Origin: an uncultured Chloroflexia bacterium | GTDB lineage: Bacteria > Chloroflexota > Limnocylindria > Limnocylindrales > CSP1-4 | Direction: 5' to 3' | Assembly: GCA_963828965.1 (NCBI GenBank) | Contig: CAWHGL010000002.1 | Coordinates: forward strand, 386,714-450,713 | Length of the DNA: 64,000 nucleotides | Part shown: positions 49,937-58,593 of the stretch, in pieces | Layout: each line of letters starts with the position of its first letter | Numbering within the stretch: position 1 is the stretch's first letter | The notes under the pieces: generated by a model | The model's input: only the letters and a program-made list of their open reading frames with translations | The model's database searches: none | What the model was told of the DNA's origin: nothing | Translations under genes and position numbers: made by a program

Positions 49937-50592
49937 TGGTGACCGTCGGGCGGCGGGGCTACGACCTGATGTATCGGTTCGGCGCCCCGTGGGAGGGCGC
50001 CGATCGGGTCGAGCTGCGGGCGCTCGTCTCCGACGGCCGCTGCGCTCCGGAGACCCTGCGACGCCCGGGCCAGCTCGACGCGCGCGCGATCGACCTCGGC
50101 TGTGGTGCGGGCTCCGTCTCGATCGAGCTGGCCGAGGCCGGTTTCGCCGTCACCGGGGTCGACTTCTCCCCAGTGGCCCTCGCGAAGGCACGACGGGCCG
50201 CCACCCGTCGCGGTCTCCGATCCGAGCGGCTGCGGTTCGTGGCCGGCGACCTGACGGCCGGCCACGTCGCGGGCGTCACGGGTCCATTCGACCTGCTCGT
50301 GGATTACGGCACGCTCGACGACCTGCCCGCGCGGGGGCGTCGGGCGATGGCCGCCTACGTCGCCCGCCTGGCTCGCCCGGGTGCGCGGTTCTTCCTGTTC
50401 GCCTTCTCCGGCCGGCCCGAAGACCTGCCACGGTTCAGCTTCGGCGGTCCGTCCCGCGCCTTCCCCGGGTTGGTTCCGGGTGAGGTCGAGGCATTGTTCG
50501 GCGACGCCTTTGCGATCGACACCCTCGATGCCGCGACGCGACGTCGCCCCATCGCGACCTACCTCCTCGAGCGGCGAGCGGCGGATGCCTGA
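49936..50592 (+). CDS. class I SAM-dependent methyltransferase
   Basis: AIDLGCGAGSVSIELA and VTGVDFSP. Confidence 0.75.
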   Translation: MVTVGRRGYDLMYRFGAPWEGADRVELRALVSDGRCAPETLRRPGQLDARAIDLGCGAGSVSIELAEAGFAVTGVDFSPVALAKARRAATRRGLRSERLRFVAGDLTAGHVAGVTGPFDLLVDYGTLDDLPARGRRAMAAYVARLARPGARFFLFAFSGRPEDLPRFSFGGPSRAFPGLVPGEVEALFGDAFAIDTLDAATRRRPIATYLLERRAADA

Positions 50593-51223
50593 CGAGCGAA
50601 CCGTGGCCGGGCTGCTCCTCGTGGCCGGGCCGCTGCTCGGGCTGCTCGGGTTCTACGACACGGGGCTTTACCGTGTCTGGGGCGCGCCCCGCGAGGAGCA
50701 CCTGTCGACCGTTGCGGCCCACCGCCGCGGCTGGCAGGCCATCAACGCCGGCTTCATCGCGGCAACGGCATTCTCGGTCGCCGGGCTCGTCGCCGTGGTG
50801 GCGTCCGCTGCCGGGTCCGAGGGGACCGGCGCCGGCCCGATGGCGATCCTGCTCGGCGCGACGGTCCTCTACGCACTGGCCGGGGCGATGTGGTCGACGA
50901 TGCTCGCGATCCGGACCCGCACGACGCCGGCCCTCGCCGCGATGGTCGCCGCCGGTCGACCGACCGAGCCCGCCGAGTCGATCCTCGGGGCGGCCACGGG
51001 CGGCCTGTTCGCGGTCTACGCCATCGGGACGGGCGTCGCCCTGGCCGGGATCGGGATCGGAGCGGCCGCGGCCGGGGTGCTGGCCATGGTGGTCGGAGGT
51101 CTGGTCGCGATCAGCGGTGGCTTGGTGATCCTTTGGTACCTGCGGGCCGGCGACGTCATCCCGGCCGTGCTCTACATCCCGACCCTGGTCCTCGGGGTCG
51201 CCCTGTTGGGAGGTGGGTCATGA
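50585..51223 (+). CDS. polytopic membrane protein, unknown function
   Basis: ATG 50585 (8-nt overlap with the upstream gene). About 6 hydrophobic segments, Gly/Ala-rich. Confidence 0.6.
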   Translation: MPDERTVAGLLLVAGPLLGLLGFYDTGLYRVWGAPREEHLSTVAAHRRGWQAINAGFIAATAFSVAGLVAVVASAAGSEGTGAGPMAILLGATVLYALAGAMWSTMLAIRTRTTPALAAMVAAGRPTEPAESILGAATGGLFAVYAIGTGVALAGIGIGAAAAGVLAMVVGGLVAISGGLVILWYLRAGDVIPAVLYIPTLVLGVALLGGGS

Positions 51224-51774
51224 ACGAGTCGACGGCCAGCGTGACGCGCGCGGCCGCGCGGACGGTGCGCCTGAGCGCGGTGGTCAGTGTGGTCGGGCTC
51301 GTCTTCCTCGCCGCCATGTACATCGCTTTCGCGATCGATGCGCAGCCCGCAGCGCTGGTCTTCGGCTGGATCAACGATGCGTCCGCGGTGGTCATGTGCC
51401 TGCTGCTTGTCCCGAGCGTGATCGCCCTGCACGGTCTCATCGACGCTCGTGACCGCGTGCCATCGGCGCTCGTCGCCGCTTCCGGCATGGCCGGGATCGC
51501 CTGGGTGGTCGCCCTCCAGACCCTGCTGTGCCTCGGGGTCCTGACCTTCGAGCAGGAGGTAGGGCCGGTGAGCGTCGGCTTTCTCGCCCTGGCCGCGTGG
51601 TTCGTCGCGGTCGGCTGGCTGGCCGGCCGGGCCGGGATCCTCCAGCGCGGCGCCTGGATGGGGTTGCTCGGCGCGAGCTACCTCGGCTTTCCGGTCTGGG
51701 CCATCTGGCTGGCCCGTCGGCTCGACGTCGTCGCGGGCATCCGGAGCATGCCGAGAACGGTCGTGACGGAGTAG
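51220..51774 (+). CDS. polytopic membrane protein, unknown function
   Basis: ATGA overlap with the upstream gene. About 5 hydrophobic segments. Confidence 0.6.
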   Translation: MNESTASVTRAAARTVRLSAVVSVVGLVFLAAMYIAFAIDAQPAALVFGWINDASAVVMCLLLVPSVIALHGLIDARDRVPSALVAASGMAGIAWVVALQTLLCLGVLTFEQEVGPVSVGFLALAAWFVAVGWLAGRAGILQRGAWMGLLGASYLGFPVWAIWLARRLDVVAGIRSMPRTVVTE

Positions 51775-51867
51775 CCCGGGCCGATACGATGCCGCCGAAA
51801 CGAGTCCGGCCGGGACCGTCGCCCGCCGGTCATCGCCCATCCGTCGACGGCCTCACGGGAGGAGCCC

Positions 51868-52323
51868 GTGTACGACATCGCCAAGTACATCCACATCCTG
51901 TGCGCGGTCATCTGGGTCGGCGGCGCGTTCTACGGCCAGTTGCTTGCGATCCGCGTGATGCGCTCGCCGGACCCTAGCGACCTGCCCAAGCTCGCCAACC
52001 ACATCGAGTACCTGGCCACGCGCGTCTTCATCCCGGCCTCCGTGATCCTGTTCCTCGCCGGCGCCTACATGACCACCCAGCGATGGGCGTTCGAGCAGAC
52101 ATGGGTCTCCATCGCGATCCTGCTCTGGCTGGTCTCGGCCCTGACCGGGGCGGTCTACCTCGGTCCGCGCGTCAAGCGGATCGGCCTGCTCTTCGCCAGC
52201 GAAGGTCCCGCCTCCGTCGACGGTCGGGCGCTGCTCGACCGCGTCTTCATCGTCGCCCGGCTCGAGTTGCTGTCCTTCCTCGTGATCATCGCGCTCATGG
52301 TCGCCAAACCGGTGATCGGGTAG
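51868..52323 (+). CDS. DUF2269-like integral membrane protein
   Basis: GTG start with a GGGAGGAG SD. KYIHILCAVIWVGGAFY is a DUF2269-type N-terminus; 4 TM. Confidence 0.6.
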   Translation: MYDIAKYIHILCAVIWVGGAFYGQLLAIRVMRSPDPSDLPKLANHIEYLATRVFIPASVILFLAGAYMTTQRWAFEQTWVSIAILLWLVSALTGAVYLGPRVKRIGLLFASEGPASVDGRALLDRVFIVARLELLSFLVIIALMVAKPVIG

Positions 52324-52408
52324 GCAGCAAGCAGGGCTTCGCATCGCGACGAGGTCTTGCTAGCATCGTCCGAGGTCGCCCGGCCCGCCGGGCGCGAGGA
52401 GGGATGGG

Positions 52409-52906
52409 ATGGAGCTCTACCCGTGGTGGGTGTTCGCCCACATCGTCGGCGCGTTGGCGTTCGCCATCGGTCATGGCACCTCGGCCGTGATGTCCTTCGC
52501 AATTCGTCGCGAGCGCGAGCCGGGCAGGATCACGGCGCTGCTCGACGCATCGTCGATGAGCCTCGGCGCGATGTACCTGGGCCTCCTGCTGCTGCTGATC
52601 GGAGGGATCGGGGCCGGGATCGTCGGCGGCTGGTTCACCCGCAGCGGCTGGATCTGGGCAGCGCTCGTGATCCTCGTGGTGATCATCGCGGCGATGTACG
52701 CCATGGCATCGCAGTACTACGGCAACGTCCGGCGGGCCGTCGGCCAGAAGAGCTACCGCGACCCGAAGGACGAGCCGCCGCCGGCGCCGCTGGCATCCGA
52801 GGACCTGGCCAAGCTGCTCGACACGCGTCGACCGGAAGCGATCGCGGCGATCGGAATCGGCGGATTGCTGGTGATCCTCTGGCTGATGGTCCTCAAGCCG
52901 TTCTGA
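52409..52906 (+). CDS. DUF2269-like integral membrane protein (second copy)
   Basis: WWVFAHIVGALAFAIGHG; 4 TM; GAGGAGGG SD. Confidence 0.55.
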   Translation: MELYPWWVFAHIVGALAFAIGHGTSAVMSFAIRREREPGRITALLDASSMSLGAMYLGLLLLLIGGIGAGIVGGWFTRSGWIWAALVILVVIIAAMYAMASQYYGNVRRAVGQKSYRDPKDEPPPAPLASEDLAKLLDTRRPEAIAAIGIGGLLVILWLMVLKPF

Positions 52907-52946
52907 CCAGCGAACGCCGACGCCGGTCGTCCCGCGCGGTGCGTCG

Positions 52947-53958
52947 ATGAAGATCGCCCACGCTCGCGAGCGCCATGCGCCGGCCGGGACTCCATGGCGC
53001 CTCGTGGCGGCGCTCGACGCCGACGGCGCGCGCTGGGTCGACCTCGAGAGTCGCGCGTCGCCGGGCCGATCGCGGCTCGCGTCGAGCTCGCCCATGACGC
53101 GGACCCTCTTCCGGCAAGCCGGTCACGACGCTCGACGACCATCTCGCTCGAGGCCTCCGGGTCGAGGCGCTGCGGGACCTGCTCGAGGGGTTCGACGAGC
53201 GCGGCGACGACGATGACGCCGTCCTTCTGAGCGACGACCTCATCTTCGGTCCGCCGCTCCTGCGCCCGTCGTCGATCCGCGATGGGTACGGGTTCGAGGG
53301 CCACGTCCGGACGATCTGGGAGCGCCGGGGCGGCACGGTCCCACCGATCTGGTACGAGCTGCCGGTCTTCTACCTCTCCAACACGTCGGAGGTGCGCGGT
53401 CCGGACGAGCCGGTCTGGGCGCCCCGCGGCTCGTCGGAGCTCGATTTCGAGCTGGAGGTCGCCGCCCTCGTCGACACGCCGGCCACGGACCTCACGGTCG
53501 AGCGGGCCGAGGACGCCGTCGGCGGCTACCTCATCTTCAACGACTGGTCGGCACGCGATCTCCAGCGCGAGGAGACACAGTTGCGGCTCGGGCCGGCCAA
53601 GGGCAAGGACTTCGCGAGCTCGTTCGGTCCCTGGCTCGTGACGCCCGATGAGCTGGAGGATCGCCGCGCCGGGCGCGGCTTCGACCTGGCGATGACCGCG
53701 CGCGTCAACGACGTCGATGTCTCGCGCGGGCGCTGGTCGGACGCGGTCCACGGGTTCGCGGCGCTCATCGCCCGCGCGTCGGCCGATGTCCGGCTGCGGC
53801 CGGGCGACCTGTTCGGCCTGGGCACGGTCGGGACCGGCTGCCTGCTCGAGGTCCGCGACGCGACGCTCGGGCGGTACCTTGCGCCCGGCGACGTCGTCAC
53901 CCTCGAAGTCGAGCGGCTCGGCCGCCTGCGCACGCCCATCGTGGCCCGCCCGGACTGA
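52947..53958 (+). pseudogene. fumarylacetoacetate hydrolase (FAH) family protein; two frame breaks (approx 53055, 53110)
   Basis: The C-terminal 280 aa are in one frame (ELDFELEVAALV, GGYLIFNDWSARDLQ, GPAKGKDFASSFGPWLVT, PGDLFGLGTVGTGC). The N-terminal 55 aa are split over two other frames. Confidence 0.85.
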
Positions 53959-53970
53959 GGGCCGGTCGCA

Positions 53971-54390
53971 CTACCCGCGAGGTCGGCGACTTGCGCGGCG
54001 GCCGATGGCGCGGACCTTGGGCCCGCGACGCCGAGCGGCTCGCCATACGTCGCCTGGAGAGCCTTGGGCGATCGCTCGGTCCTCGACGAGCCCGTGCGCC
54101 GTTCCGACCTCTCGTTCATCCGGACGAGCCAGCCGTCGCGCGGCAGGCCCTGGTCGACGGCGATGTCGACCGCCTCGTCGATCTGCGCGGGGGTCAGGGC
54201 CGGGCCGCCGACCTCGCCGTGGATGAAGCCGAGATGTCCGCGAGGGAGCTTGCCCCAGTTCGCGGAGTGGTCGGCGCCACGGGCGCCCGCGTCGGAGCGG
54301 TTGACGATGTAGCACTCTGGGCGGTCACGACGGGGACCGCCACGGCGAGGAGCGTGCCGCTGAGGACGAGGCCGGCGAGGTCTTTCGCAT
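53971..54390 (-). pseudogene. hypothetical secreted/anchored protein, fragmentary (about three frame breaks)
   Basis: ATG 54390, then a signal-like LAGLVLSGTLLAVAVPVVTAQ in a second frame, then the coding-looking CYIVNRSDAG...GHLGFIHGEVGGPALTPAQIDEAVDIAVDQGLPRDGWLVRMNE in a third. No family recognised. Confidence 0.3.
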
Positions 54391-54530
54391 CGATTGGCTC
54401 TCCAGGATGGAAGGGGGAGGGGACACGCGGACCGTATGGGCCGCCGCCTGACCGACCATCGACAGATGACGATGCCTGGGCTCGACGAATGCCGACGCCA
54501 ACGGGCTGGAACAGGCGTCGGAGGCGTGTG

Positions 54531-55067
54531 ATGATGCCCGCCGTGAGCCCGGATCCTTCGATCGCGATCGAACCGATGACCGATGCCGATTGGCCGGTCG
54601 TGCGCCACATCTACCAGGAGGGCATCGCCACGGGCGACGCCACCCTTGAGCGGGAGGCGCCCGACTGGGACCACTTCGACCGGTCCCATCGGCGCGACTG
54701 CCGGCTGGTCGCGCGGTTCGAGCCCGGCGGACCCGTCGTCGGTTGGGTCGCCCTGAGCGCGTACTCGGCCCGACGCGTCTACAGCGGGGTGGCCTGGGAG
54801 AGCGTGTACGTGGCCGCCGATGCCCGCGGTCGCGGCGTGGGCCGAGCGCTGCTCGACGCCCTGATCGACGCGAGCGAGGCCGCCGGTTTGTGGACCCTGC
54901 AGGCCGGCGTCCTGGCCGACAACGCGGCCAGCCTCGCCCTGCACGAGCGAGCCGGCTTCCGTCGGGTCGGCGTCCAGAAAGGACTCGGCCAGGACCGCAC
55001 CGGCCGATGGCGGGACGTCGTCCTCCTCGAGCGGCGGAGCGAGGCGCACGGCGTCGACGGCCTGTAG
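54531..55067 (+). CDS. GNAT-family N-acetyltransferase (phosphinothricin-acetyltransferase-like)
   Basis: IEPMTDADWPVVRHIYQEGIATGDATLE...RGRGVGRALLDALI...NAASLALHERAGFR. Confidence 0.8.
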   Translation: MMPAVSPDPSIAIEPMTDADWPVVRHIYQEGIATGDATLEREAPDWDHFDRSHRRDCRLVARFEPGGPVVGWVALSAYSARRVYSGVAWESVYVAADARGRGVGRALLDALIDASEAAGLWTLQAGVLADNAASLALHERAGFRRVGVQKGLGQDRTGRWRDVVLLERRSEAHGVDGL

Positions 55068-55114
55068 GGGTCGGCCGGAAGCCCGCGCCGCCCGCCATAC
55101 CCGTCCGGGCGGCG

Positions 55115-55918
55115 TCAACGCGCGGTGGCGACGCCTGGGTGCAGCACGATGACATCGATCGGGTCATGCCGGCCGCGCACGTCGAGGTGACGACGCTCCG
55201 CGACGGGATCGCTGCGACCCGCGGCTTCGGCGGCGGCGTCGCTCACGAGCAGCTCGCCGGCCGCCGCTGACGAGGCGAGGCGGGCGGTCGTATTGACCGC
55301 GTCGCCGAGGGCCGTGAAGTCGTCGACCGCGCCGATCGGTCCGGTCGCGCCGACGTAGGCGTCGCCGGTGTGGACCGCGGCCCCAAGGGGGATCGGGCCC
55401 ATCGGCGTGGCGTCCGGCACGCCGACCCGTGCCAAGAGGTCAAGGCCGGCGTCGATCGCCGCGGCTGCGTGATGCGGCCCGGACACGCCGCCGAAGAACA
55501 GCCCGATGACCTCGTCGCCGACGAACTTGTCGACGAGGCCGTCATGGCCCAGGACCACGTCCGAGGCGATGCGGTAGAACGCGTCGAGGAAGGCGTGGAA
55601 GTCGCGGGTCGAGAGCCGCTCCCCGATGGTCGTCGACCCGCGGACATCGGCGAACAGCAGGGTGACCGGGATCTCGGCACCGGTGACGCCCGACTTGCGG
55701 AAGCCGTTGATGCAGCGGTTGCAGATCGCCGGGTTGCCCGGGAACCGACCGAACCCCACGTGCTTGAGCACCGATCCGCCCGCCCCACCGAACGGCGCCG
55801 CGCAGAGCTTGCAGCGCGGCGAGGTCGGGATCCGCTTCATCGCCTTGCGGATGGCCACGAGGTCGCCGTTCTCGCCGATCAGGATGGACTTGAAGTCCGC
55901 CTCGCTCGGTGCAGGCAT
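55115..55918 (-). CDS. class III adenylate/guanylate cyclase with an N-terminal CxxC...CxxC zinc-ribbon
   Basis: CKLCAAPF...ICNRC, then VTLLFADVRGSTT...DKFVGDEVIGLFF...GDAVNTTARL. Confidence 0.85.
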   Translation of the reverse strand: MPAPSEADFKSILIGENGDLVAIRKAMKRIPTSPRCKLCAAPFGGAGGSVLKHVGFGRFPGNPAICNRCINGFRKSGVTGAEIPVTLLFADVRGSTTIGERLSTRDFHAFLDAFYRIASDVVLGHDGLVDKFVGDEVIGLFFGGVSGPHHAAAAIDAGLDLLARVGVPDATPMGPIPLGAAVHTGDAYVGATGPIGAVDDFTALGDAVNTTARLASSAAAGELLVSDAAAEAAGRSDPVAERRHLDVRGRHDPIDVIVLHPGVATAR

Positions 55919-55972
55919 GGGCGCACTGTACGACGTGACCGTGACGCGATGACGACGGCCGTCGCGCCGCCG

Positions 55973-56003
55973 TGAACGTTCGGCCCGCGGCCTCCCGTCA
56001 TAG
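55973..56003 (+). promoter_or_regulatory. putative ECF-type promoter (TGAACGTTC-N17-CATAGT)
   Basis: Lies 47 nt upstream of GTG 56050. Matches the shared motif. Confidence 0.6.
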
Positions 56004-56049
56004 TGGGTAGTCCGCGGCCATCGAGGCTGCGGTCACCGGAGGGGTCCAG

Positions 56050-56601
56050 GTGGATCTCGACCTCGTCGAACGGGCCCGCGCGGGTGACCGAGAGGCCTTC
56101 ACCGTCCTGGTGCACCAGGTCAGTGATTCCCTCTACGCCGTCGCCCACCGGATCCTGCGCGACACGGGCCTGGCCGAGGACGCGCTGCAGAACGCTCTCG
56201 TGCTGGCCTGGCGACGGCTCCCCAAGTTGCGGGACCCGGAGCGGTTCGAGGCCTGGATCCATCGGATCCTCGTCCACGCCTGCTACGACGAATCGCAGCG
56301 GGCGCGCCAATGGACGGCGCAGGTCCGCGTCCTGCCCATCGATGGGCCATCGACGCCGGACGACAGCGCCGCCTTCGCCGACCGCGACGAACTGGAGCGG
56401 GCGTTCCGCCGGCTCACGGTCGAACAGCGGGCGGTCTTCGTGTTGCATCACTACCTCGGGCTGCCCCTCGTGGAGGTCGCCGAACTCCTCGAGATCCCCG
56501 CGGGGACGGCCCGATCGCGACTCCATTACGCCATCGCCGGCCTGCGCGACGCCATCGAGGCCGAGCGCGAGCCCGTCATCCAGGAAGGACGTCTCGCATG
56601 A
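56050..56601 (+). CDS. ECF RNA polymerase sigma-70 factor
   Basis: FEAWIHRILVHACYD and EVAELLEIPAGTARSRLHYA. GTG start with a GGAGGGG SD. Confidence 0.9.
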   Translation: MDLDLVERARAGDREAFTVLVHQVSDSLYAVAHRILRDTGLAEDALQNALVLAWRRLPKLRDPERFEAWIHRILVHACYDESQRARQWTAQVRVLPIDGPSTPDDSAAFADRDELERAFRRLTVEQRAVFVLHHYLGLPLVEVAELLEIPAGTARSRLHYAIAGLRDAIEAEREPVIQEGRLA

Positions 56602-57902
56602 ACGACGACCGCACGCTCGAGCGCGCCGCCCGGTCGTTCATCGAGGTCGGCCCGACGCGGGCGCCGGACCACGCCGTGGATGCGGCGCTGCTCCGGATCG
56701 CTTCGACCACACAGGAACGGGCGCTTCGGCTCCCGTGGAGGTTCCCGACCATGCCACTCGCCGCTCGCCTCGTGGCGATCGCGGTCGTGGGGGCGCTCGT
56801 GCTCGCTGGTCTCGCCCTGCTGGGCGGGACGGGTGGCACGGCTCCGGCGACTGCTCCACCCAGCAACCAGGCCATCGTGGCGGCCTCGGCCTCGGCCACC
56901 GCCGCACCCGTCCCGACCACCGACACCGTCGACTACTCGGATATTCCCGGGCGGATCCTCGTCGAGCATCTGGGCAACGCCCTCGACCTGTCCGAGTCCA
57001 CGGCGACGGACTATCACCCGGACACGCGCCGCTTCTACTTCATGGATCCGACCGACATGACCGCCGCGACCGTCGTCGAGTTCCTGCCCGGCCAGCCGTC
57101 GACCGGCAAATCGGCCGGCGACATCTCGAGCGACTACACGAAGATCGTCTTCCAGGACTGGGCCGACCAGACGCGTCTGTACGAGGCGAACCTGGACGGG
57201 ACGGGGTTCCACAAACTCCCGGTCGACTGCACCTGCGCGCTGCTCTACCCCGACTACGATCCGACCGGCACCAAGGTCGTCTACGTCCGGCTCGAGGGTA
57301 GCGAGAGCTGGCTGGAGATCCTCGATCTCGCGACCGGCACGACCACCAAGCTCGATGCGACCCTCGGCCCGCGGGCTAACGCCGTGCCCGAGCAGCCGGC
57401 ATGGTCGCCGGACGGCAAGAGCATCGCCTTCAGCCGCATCACGTGGCCGGCCGGCGCCGACCCGATCGTCGGGACGGTCCACTACGGCGACGTCGCGCCG
57501 ACCTCGGGCGTGCTGTCGCTGCTGGACGTGGCGACGGGAACGGTGACCGACCTGGAGCCCGCGACGTCCGGATTGATCCCCGGCGATGCGAATTGGTCAC
57601 CGGACTCGAGCACCATCGTGTTCGTGACCGGTCCGTTTTCGACGACTGGCAGCGTGGGCGCGGACTTCGACCATCAGTCACTGGCGATCCAGCGGGACGG
57701 TTCGGGCCTGAAATCCGCTGGTGCCGGGCTCTCGCCGGAATATCTGCCAGACGGGTCGCACATCCTCGTCCAGGACGATGTGTTCAGGATGATGCGGCCG
57801 GGCGGCAGCGAACTCCGGCCGGTGAACGTCAACGGGATGGATGTGAGCGACCTGGCACAGGGCTTCGCCTACGTCGGCCACTGGATCCCGGACCAGCCCT
57901 GA
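56598..57902 (+). CDS. ECF-sigma-associated single-pass membrane protein with a TolB-like (PD40) beta-propeller
   Basis: ATGA overlap. N-terminus MNDDRTLERAARSFIEVGPTRAPDHAVDAALLRIASTTQERALRLPWRFP, then a TM helix. PD40 repeats AWSPDGKSIAFS and NWSPDSSTIVF. Confidence 0.85.
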   Translation: MNDDRTLERAARSFIEVGPTRAPDHAVDAALLRIASTTQERALRLPWRFPTMPLAARLVAIAVVGALVLAGLALLGGTGGTAPATAPPSNQAIVAASASATAAPVPTTDTVDYSDIPGRILVEHLGNALDLSESTATDYHPDTRRFYFMDPTDMTAATVVEFLPGQPSTGKSAGDISSDYTKIVFQDWADQTRLYEANLDGTGFHKLPVDCTCALLYPDYDPTGTKVVYVRLEGSESWLEILDLATGTTTKLDATLGPRANAVPEQPAWSPDGKSIAFSRITWPAGADPIVGTVHYGDVAPTSGVLSLLDVATGTVTDLEPATSGLIPGDANWSPDSSTIVFVTGPFSTTGSVGADFDHQSLAIQRDGSGLKSAGAGLSPEYLPDGSHILVQDDVFRMMRPGGSELRPVNVNGMDVSDLAQGFAYVGHWIPDQP

Positions 57903-57966
57903 CCTGACGACCGCGGATGACGACCGGCCTCCTCTCGGGGCCGGTCGTCTCCATCCGAGCGATATC

Positions 57967-57996
57967 TGAACGTTCCATGACAGGCCGGCTCCATAG
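57967..57996 (+). promoter_or_regulatory. putative ECF-type promoter (TGAACGTTCC-N15-CCATAGT)
   Basis: Lies 43 nt upstream of ATG 58039. It overlaps the alternative GTG at 58000, which argues for the 58039 start. Confidence 0.6.
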
Positions 57997-58038
57997 TCTG
58001 TGAGGCGGCCAGATGTCCCGCCACCGGTCGGAGCAGCC

Positions 58039-58593
58039 ATGCGTGCCGAGCTCGTCGAGCGAGCAAGACAGGGCGACCACGAGGCGTTCAACGCCCTCGC
58101 GGTGGCGAGTGTCGATCGGTGCTATGCGCTCGCCTATCGGATCCTGCGCGACCCGACTCGCGCCCAGGACGCGACGCAGCAGGCGCTACTGGGGGCGTGG
58201 CGCGATCTGCCGACGCTGCGCGACCCAGAGCGGTTCGACGCGTGGCTGCATCGCCTCGTCGTCAACGCCTGCTACTCGGAGGCTCGCGGCGACCGACGCT
58301 GGAATGCGCGGATCCGCGCGATCCCGCCCGCGATGTCCGCGTCACCGGATGTGGCGAGCGGCGTTGCGATGCGCGAGGAGCTCTCGGAGGCCTTTCAGCG
58401 ACTGACGCCCGAACAACGTGCGGTCGTCGTCCTCCATCACCATCTCGGCTATCGGCTGACCGAGATCGCCGAGACGCTGGGGATCCCCGAAGGTACGGCC
58501 CGCTCGAGATTGCACTACGCCGTCCGTGAGCTACGAGCCGTCCTGGACAGCAAGCAGGATGCCCCCGCGTCGACGACGGAGCGATCGGCATGA
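58039..58593 (+). CDS. ECF RNA polymerase sigma-70 factor
   Basis: MRAELVERARQGDHEAF..., FDAWLHRLVVNACYS and EIAETLGIPEGTARSRLHYA. GGAG 6 nt upstream of the ATG. Confidence 0.9.
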   Translation: MRAELVERARQGDHEAFNALAVASVDRCYALAYRILRDPTRAQDATQQALLGAWRDLPTLRDPERFDAWLHRLVVNACYSEARGDRRWNARIRAIPPAMSASPDVASGVAMREELSEAFQRLTPEQRAVVVLHHHLGYRLTEIAETLGIPEGTARSRLHYAVRELRAVLDSKQDAPASTTERSA

